NCBI GenBank assembly: GCA_965250285.1
Contig: OZ252299.1
Coordinates: forward strand, 1-64,000
Length of the DNA: 64,000 bases
Direction of reading: 5' to 3'
From: Myxococcota bacterium
GTDB taxonomy: Bacteria > Myxococcota_A > UBA9160 > UBA4427
Below are positions 60,206 through 64,000 of this stretch, one piece after another; position 1 is the stretch's first letter, and each line of letters begins with the position of its first letter. The position numbers and the translations under genes are program-made. A model generated the notes under the pieces. It was given only the letters and a program-made list of their open reading frames with translations. It was not told where the DNA came from and made no database searches.

Positions 60206-62134
60206 GTGCGACCCGGCCTGTACTCGTTCGTTCTCGTGTTCGTGCTCGGGATGGCGACCGACGCGACCGCGCAGATTCCGTCCCCGCCCGCCGGCGAAGA
60301 GGGGCTGGCTCAGCAGTACACCGGGCGCGTGTACTCGCCCTACGCCGAGCGCGACTTTCCGAACGGTCTCTACTGGGGCGACACGCACCTGCACACGGCG
60401 TACTCGATGGACGCCGGTGCGTTCGGCAATCGACTCGGTCTCGACGACGCCTACCGCTTCGCTCGCGGCGAGCAGGTGACGTCGAGCACCGGCCAGGCGG
60501 TGCGGCTCGCGCGTCCGCTCGACTTCCTCGTCGTGAGCGACCACAGCGACAACATGGGTTTCTTTCCCGACCTCGCCGCGGGAAAGCCGCACATCCTCGC
60601 CGACGAGACGGGCCGCGACTGGTACGACCGGATCGAGGCGGGGGAGGGCGTCGCGGTCGCGCTCGAGTTGATCACCCTTTTCTCTCAGGGTGAGTTCCCG
60701 ACCGGTCTCATCTATACACCCGACTCGAAGCCGTACCGTTCGGCCTGGGACGCGACCGTCGACGCGGCCGAGCGCTACGACGACCCGGGAACGTTCACCG
60801 CGTTCATCGGCTACGAGTGGACATCGCTCGTACGCGGCAACAACATGCACCGCGTCGTCCTCTATCGCGACGGCAAGGACAAGGGGGCCCAGCAGGTGCC
60901 CTACACGACGTATCCGCCTCACGGCAGCCCGAACCCGCGCGACCTCTGGACGTGGATGGAGGGCTACGAGACGGCGACCGACGGTCGGGTTCTCGCCATC
61001 GCGCACAACGGCAACCTCGCCAACGGCATCATGTTTCCGCTCGAGATGCAGTACGACGGCAAACTGCTCGATCAGGAATACGTCGAGACCCGCGCGCGGC
61101 GCGAGCCGCTCTACGAGGTGACCCAGATCAAGGGCGACGGCGAGACGCACCCCTTCCTCTCCCCAGACGACGAGTTCGCCGACTACGAGACATGGGACAT
61201 CGGCAATCTCGATGTTTCGGAGGTCAAGACCGACGACATGCTCGCGGGCGAGTACGCGCGGGAGGCCCTGAAGCGTGGCCTCGCGCTCGAGACGAAGCTC
61301 GGCACGAACCCCTATCGGTTCGGGATGATCGGCTCGACCGACAGCCACACGTCGCTGTCGACGGCCGAAGAGAACAACTTCTTCGGCAAACACTCGGGTG
61401 CCGAGCCTGGACCCGAGCGCATGATGCACCCGTTCATGGAGAACGAGAACGGCCAGATCATGGGCTGGCAGACGGTGGCTTCGGGGCTCGCGGCGGTCTG
61501 GGCGCGCGAGAACACCCGCGAAGCGATCTTCGACGCGATGGAGCGCAAGGAGGTCTACGCGACCACCGGCTCGCGCATGGGCGTGCGATTCTTCGGCGGC
61601 TGGAGCTATACCGACGCCGACGTGAACAGTCGCGAGCCCGCCTTCGCTGGCTACGACAAGGGCGTGCCGATGGGTGGCACGCTGCCGGCGCGCGCCGAGG
61701 GGGACGAAGCGCCGACCTTCATGGTCTATGCCCTGCGCGATCCGATCGGGGCGAATCTCGACCGCATCCAGATCATCAAGGGTTGGCTCGATGCGGCCGG
61801 CGAGACCCATGAACGGGTCTACGACGTCGCCTGGGACGGTCGACGCAAGCGCCTCTTTGGCGACGGCCTGCGACCGGTCGGTGACACGGTCGATGCGGCG
61901 ACGGCGAGCTGGACGAACACGATCGGTGCATCGGAGCTCGCCTCGGTCTGGACCGATCCCGAATTCGATCCCAGCGAGAAGGCCTTCTACTACGCGCGGG
62001 TGATCGAGATCCCCACGCCCCGGTGGTCGACGTACGAGGCCTATCGGCTCGGGCTCGAGCTGCCCGAGGGCGCGCCCGTCAGCACGCAGGAGCGCGCCTA
62101 TACCTCGCCGATCTGGTACGACCCCGGCGAGTAG
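60206..62134 (+). CDS. DUF3604 (PHP-like) secreted protein
   Basis: Signal peptide, [42 protein letters not shown]. Confidence 0.88.
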   Translation: MRPGLYSFVLVFVLGMATDATAQIPSPPAGEEGLAQQYTGRVYSPYAERDFPNGLYWGDTHLHTAYSMDAGAFGNRLGLDDAYRFARGEQVTSSTGQAVRLARPLDFLVVSDHSDNMGFFPDLAAGKPHILADETGRDWYDRIEAGEGVAVALELITLFSQGEFPTGLIYTPDSKPYRSAWDATVDAAERYDDPGTFTAFIGYEWTSLVRGNNMHRVVLYRDGKDKGAQQVPYTTYPPHGSPNPRDLWTWMEGYETATDGRVLAIAHNGNLANGIMFPLEMQYDGKLLDQEYVETRARREPLYEVTQIKGDGETHPFLSPDDEFADYETWDIGNLDVSEVKTDDMLAGEYAREALKRGLALETKLGTNPYRFGMIGSTDSHTSLSTAEENNFFGKHSGAEPGPERMMHPFMENENGQIMGWQTVASGLAAVWARENTREAIFDAMERKEVYATTGSRMGVRFFGGWSYTDADVNSREPAFAGYDKGVPMGGTLPARAEGDEAPTFMVYALRDPIGANLDRIQIIKGWLDAAGETHERVYDVAWDGRRKRLFGDGLRPVGDTVDAATASWTNTIGASELASVWTDPEFDPSEKAFYYARVIEIPTPRWSTYEAYRLGLELPEGAPVSTQERAYTSPIWYDPGE

Positions 62135-62137
62135 AGC

Positions 62138-64000
62138 TCAGGCGGGTGCGCGCGTCGGTGCGGCTGATTCGTCGGCCTCGACTCGAGCGTCGCGGCCGAA
62201 GAGCGCCGCCTTGACGTCCTCGACGATCAGATAGATGGCTGGAACGAGCAGCAGCGTGATCGCCGTCGCCGCCAACACGCCGAAGCCGAGCGAGATGGCC
62301 ATCGGGATCAGCATCTGCGCCTGCACGCTCGTCTCGAGCAGCAGCGGTGTCAGGCCAGCGAACGTGGTCAGAGACGTCAGCAGGATCGCTCGAAAGCGTG
62401 CGCGGCCGGCGACGCGCACGGCGTCTTCGAGCCCCTGGCCTTCGCGACGTCGTCCGTTGACGTAGTCGACCATGACGAGGCTGTCGTTGACGACGACGCC
62501 CGAGAGTGCGACCAGCCCAATCAGCGAGAACATGCTGAAGTCGTGGCCCATCAGCGCGTGGCCCCAGACGGCGCCGACGAGGCCGAAGGGGATCGCCGCC
62601 ATGATGATGAAGGGTTGGGCGTACGACCTGAGCGGGACGGCCAGCAGCGCATAGATCGCGAGCATCGCGATCAGCCAGCCTCGGCCGAGGCTCGACAGGA
62701 ACTCCGACTGCTCGCGCTGCTCGCCGCCGAACGAGAAGACGACGTCGGGATGCGCGCGCTCGAGGGCATCGAGGCGACCTGCCGCGGCGAGGTCGGCGAC
62801 GATCTCGTTGGCCGTCACGACGTTCTCGTCGACCTCGGCGGTCACGGTCACGATGCGTCGGCGATCCTTGCGGCTGATCGACGAAAAGCCCTCGACGAGC
62901 GTCGCGCCAGCCACGGCCGAGAAGGGCACCGCGTCGCCTTCCCGCGTGCGGATGCGCATCTGCTCGAGCGAGCCGAGGCTGTGCCGGTCTTCGGCCGGGT
63001 ACCTCACCATGACCGGGACATCGGCGCGTCCGCGCTGCAGCCGCTGCGCTTCGGCCCCGTAGAAGGCCTGGCGCACCTGGCGTCCGAGGTCTTCGTCGGT
63101 GAGGCCGAGCAGCTCGGCGGCGGGCTTCAGCTCGATCTCGAGCTCCTGCTTACCGCCGCGAAACGTATCGGTGATGTCGAGCACGCCGGGGTAGCCCGCC
63201 AGTGCCTGGGTCAAGCCATCGGCCGCCGCGCGCAGCGCGTCGAGATCGTCGCCCGCGACCTCGACGGCGAGGGGCGACCCGGCCGACAGGATCGAAGAGG
63301 TGAAGCCGAGCTCCTCGGCACCTGGAATCGCGCCGGTGGCGGCGCGCCAGCGCCGCGTGATCTCGGCGACGCTGACGGCGCGCAGCTCGCTCGGCACGAC
63401 CTCGAGCTGGACCTCGCCGAGATGGCTGCCGGTCTGCATCGCGGCCGCGTAGGCCGAGGGGCCGGTCGCCTGCTTGAGCTTGTAGGGCTGCTGGCCCACG
63501 GTGGTCAGCACGTGCTTGAACACGGCGGCATCGTCGCCGTGGGCGCCGCCCTCTGCGGCGATCTCGGCCGCGACGCGGGCGGCGGCCTGCTCGATGTGGT
63601 GGACGGCCTCGGCCGTGGCTTCGGGCGGTGTGCCGAGAGGCATGTTCACATACGCCACGGTCACGTCGCCTTCGACGTCGGGCTGAAAAACGAAGCGCAC
63701 CCAGCCCCCTTGGAGCAGCCCGGCCGTGACGACGAGCGTGGCCACGGCCACGGCGGCCGTCAGATAGCGCCACTCGAGAGCGCGGTCGAGGAAGGGCCGG
63801 TAGTGGATCTCGAGGAAGTGCTCGAGACCATGGGCGATGGCGTTCTGCAGGGCGCGCCATCGCCGCGAGACGGGGTGGGTCGGCGTGTCTTCGTCTGCGT
63901 TCTTTGCGCCCTGGCCATGGCCGAGGTGAGCCGGCAGGACGAAGAGTGACTCGATCAACGAGAAGACGAGGCAAGCGCATACGACGAGCGGAATGACCCG
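62138..64000 (-). CDS. AcrB/AcrD/AcrF-family RND permease; 5' part outside the window
   Basis: SLIESLFVLPAH, GVVVNDSLVMVD, RFRAILLTSLTTFAGLTPL, LIPMAISLGFG. Confidence 0.92.
   Translation of the reverse strand, partial: RVIPLVVCACLVFSLIESLFVLPAHLGHGQGAKNADEDTPTHPVSRRWRALQNAIAHGLEHFLEIHYRPFLDRALEWRYLTAAVAVATLVVTAGLLQGGWVRFVFQPDVEGDVTVAYVNMPLGTPPEATAEAVHHIEQAAARVAAEIAAEGGAHGDDAAVFKHVLTTVGQQPYKLKQATGPSAYAAAMQTGSHLGEVQLEVVPSELRAVSVAEITRRWRAATGAIPGAEELGFTSSILSAGSPLAVEVAGDDLDALRAAADGLTQALAGYPGVLDITDTFRGGKQELEIELKPAAELLGLTDEDLGRQVRQAFYGAEAQRLQRGRADVPVMVRYPAEDRHSLGSLEQMRIRTREGDAVPFSAVAGATLVEGFSSISRKDRRRIVTVTAEVDENVVTANEIVADLAAAGRLDALERAHPDVVFSFGGEQREQSEFLSSLGRGWLIAMLAIYALLAVPLRSYAQPFIIMAAIPFGLVGAVWGHALMGHDFSMFSLIGLVALSGVVVNDSLVMVDYVNGRRREGQGLEDAVRVAGRARFRAILLTSLTTFAGLTPLLLETSVQAQMLIPMAISLGFGVLAATAITLLLVPAIYLIVEDVKAALFGRDARVEADESAAPTRAPA

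Overview
Very GC-rich bacterial chromosomal window. Gene content (Hsp70 paralogue, giant TPR protein, TIGR02266-like PilZ proteins, TPR-Ser/Thr kinase, DUF4388) suggests a Myxococcota/deltaproteobacterial-type organism; this is inference. Core genes include yebC-ruvC-ruvA...ruvB, lpxC, pyrK-pyrD, rimP-nusA-infB-DUF503-rbfA-truB-rpsO-pnp-dut-cdsA, purC, purF and kdsA, followed by metabolic genes and a partial RND transporter. The ruv region is the most unusual part. (i) Three 80-bp tandem units between ruvC and ruvA each copy the first 30 nt of ruvA and encode a 27-aa mini-ORF chained to the next by ATGA overlaps; each also carries an antisense arm to the ruvA start. (ii) A copper-storage protein gene preceded by a Cys-rich, Pro-tailed candidate leader ORF and a structured spacer is inserted between ruvA and ruvB. 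(iii) Two IS5-type right-end relics carrying a ~120-nt long-hairpin unit flank the ruv genes. Elsewhere, a three-gene surface operon encodes a sorting-signal protein and two paralogues with homogenised N-termini and divergent lectin-like tips. No tRNA, rRNA or CRISPR array was recognised. All product calls come from motif recognition by eye, not database searches.
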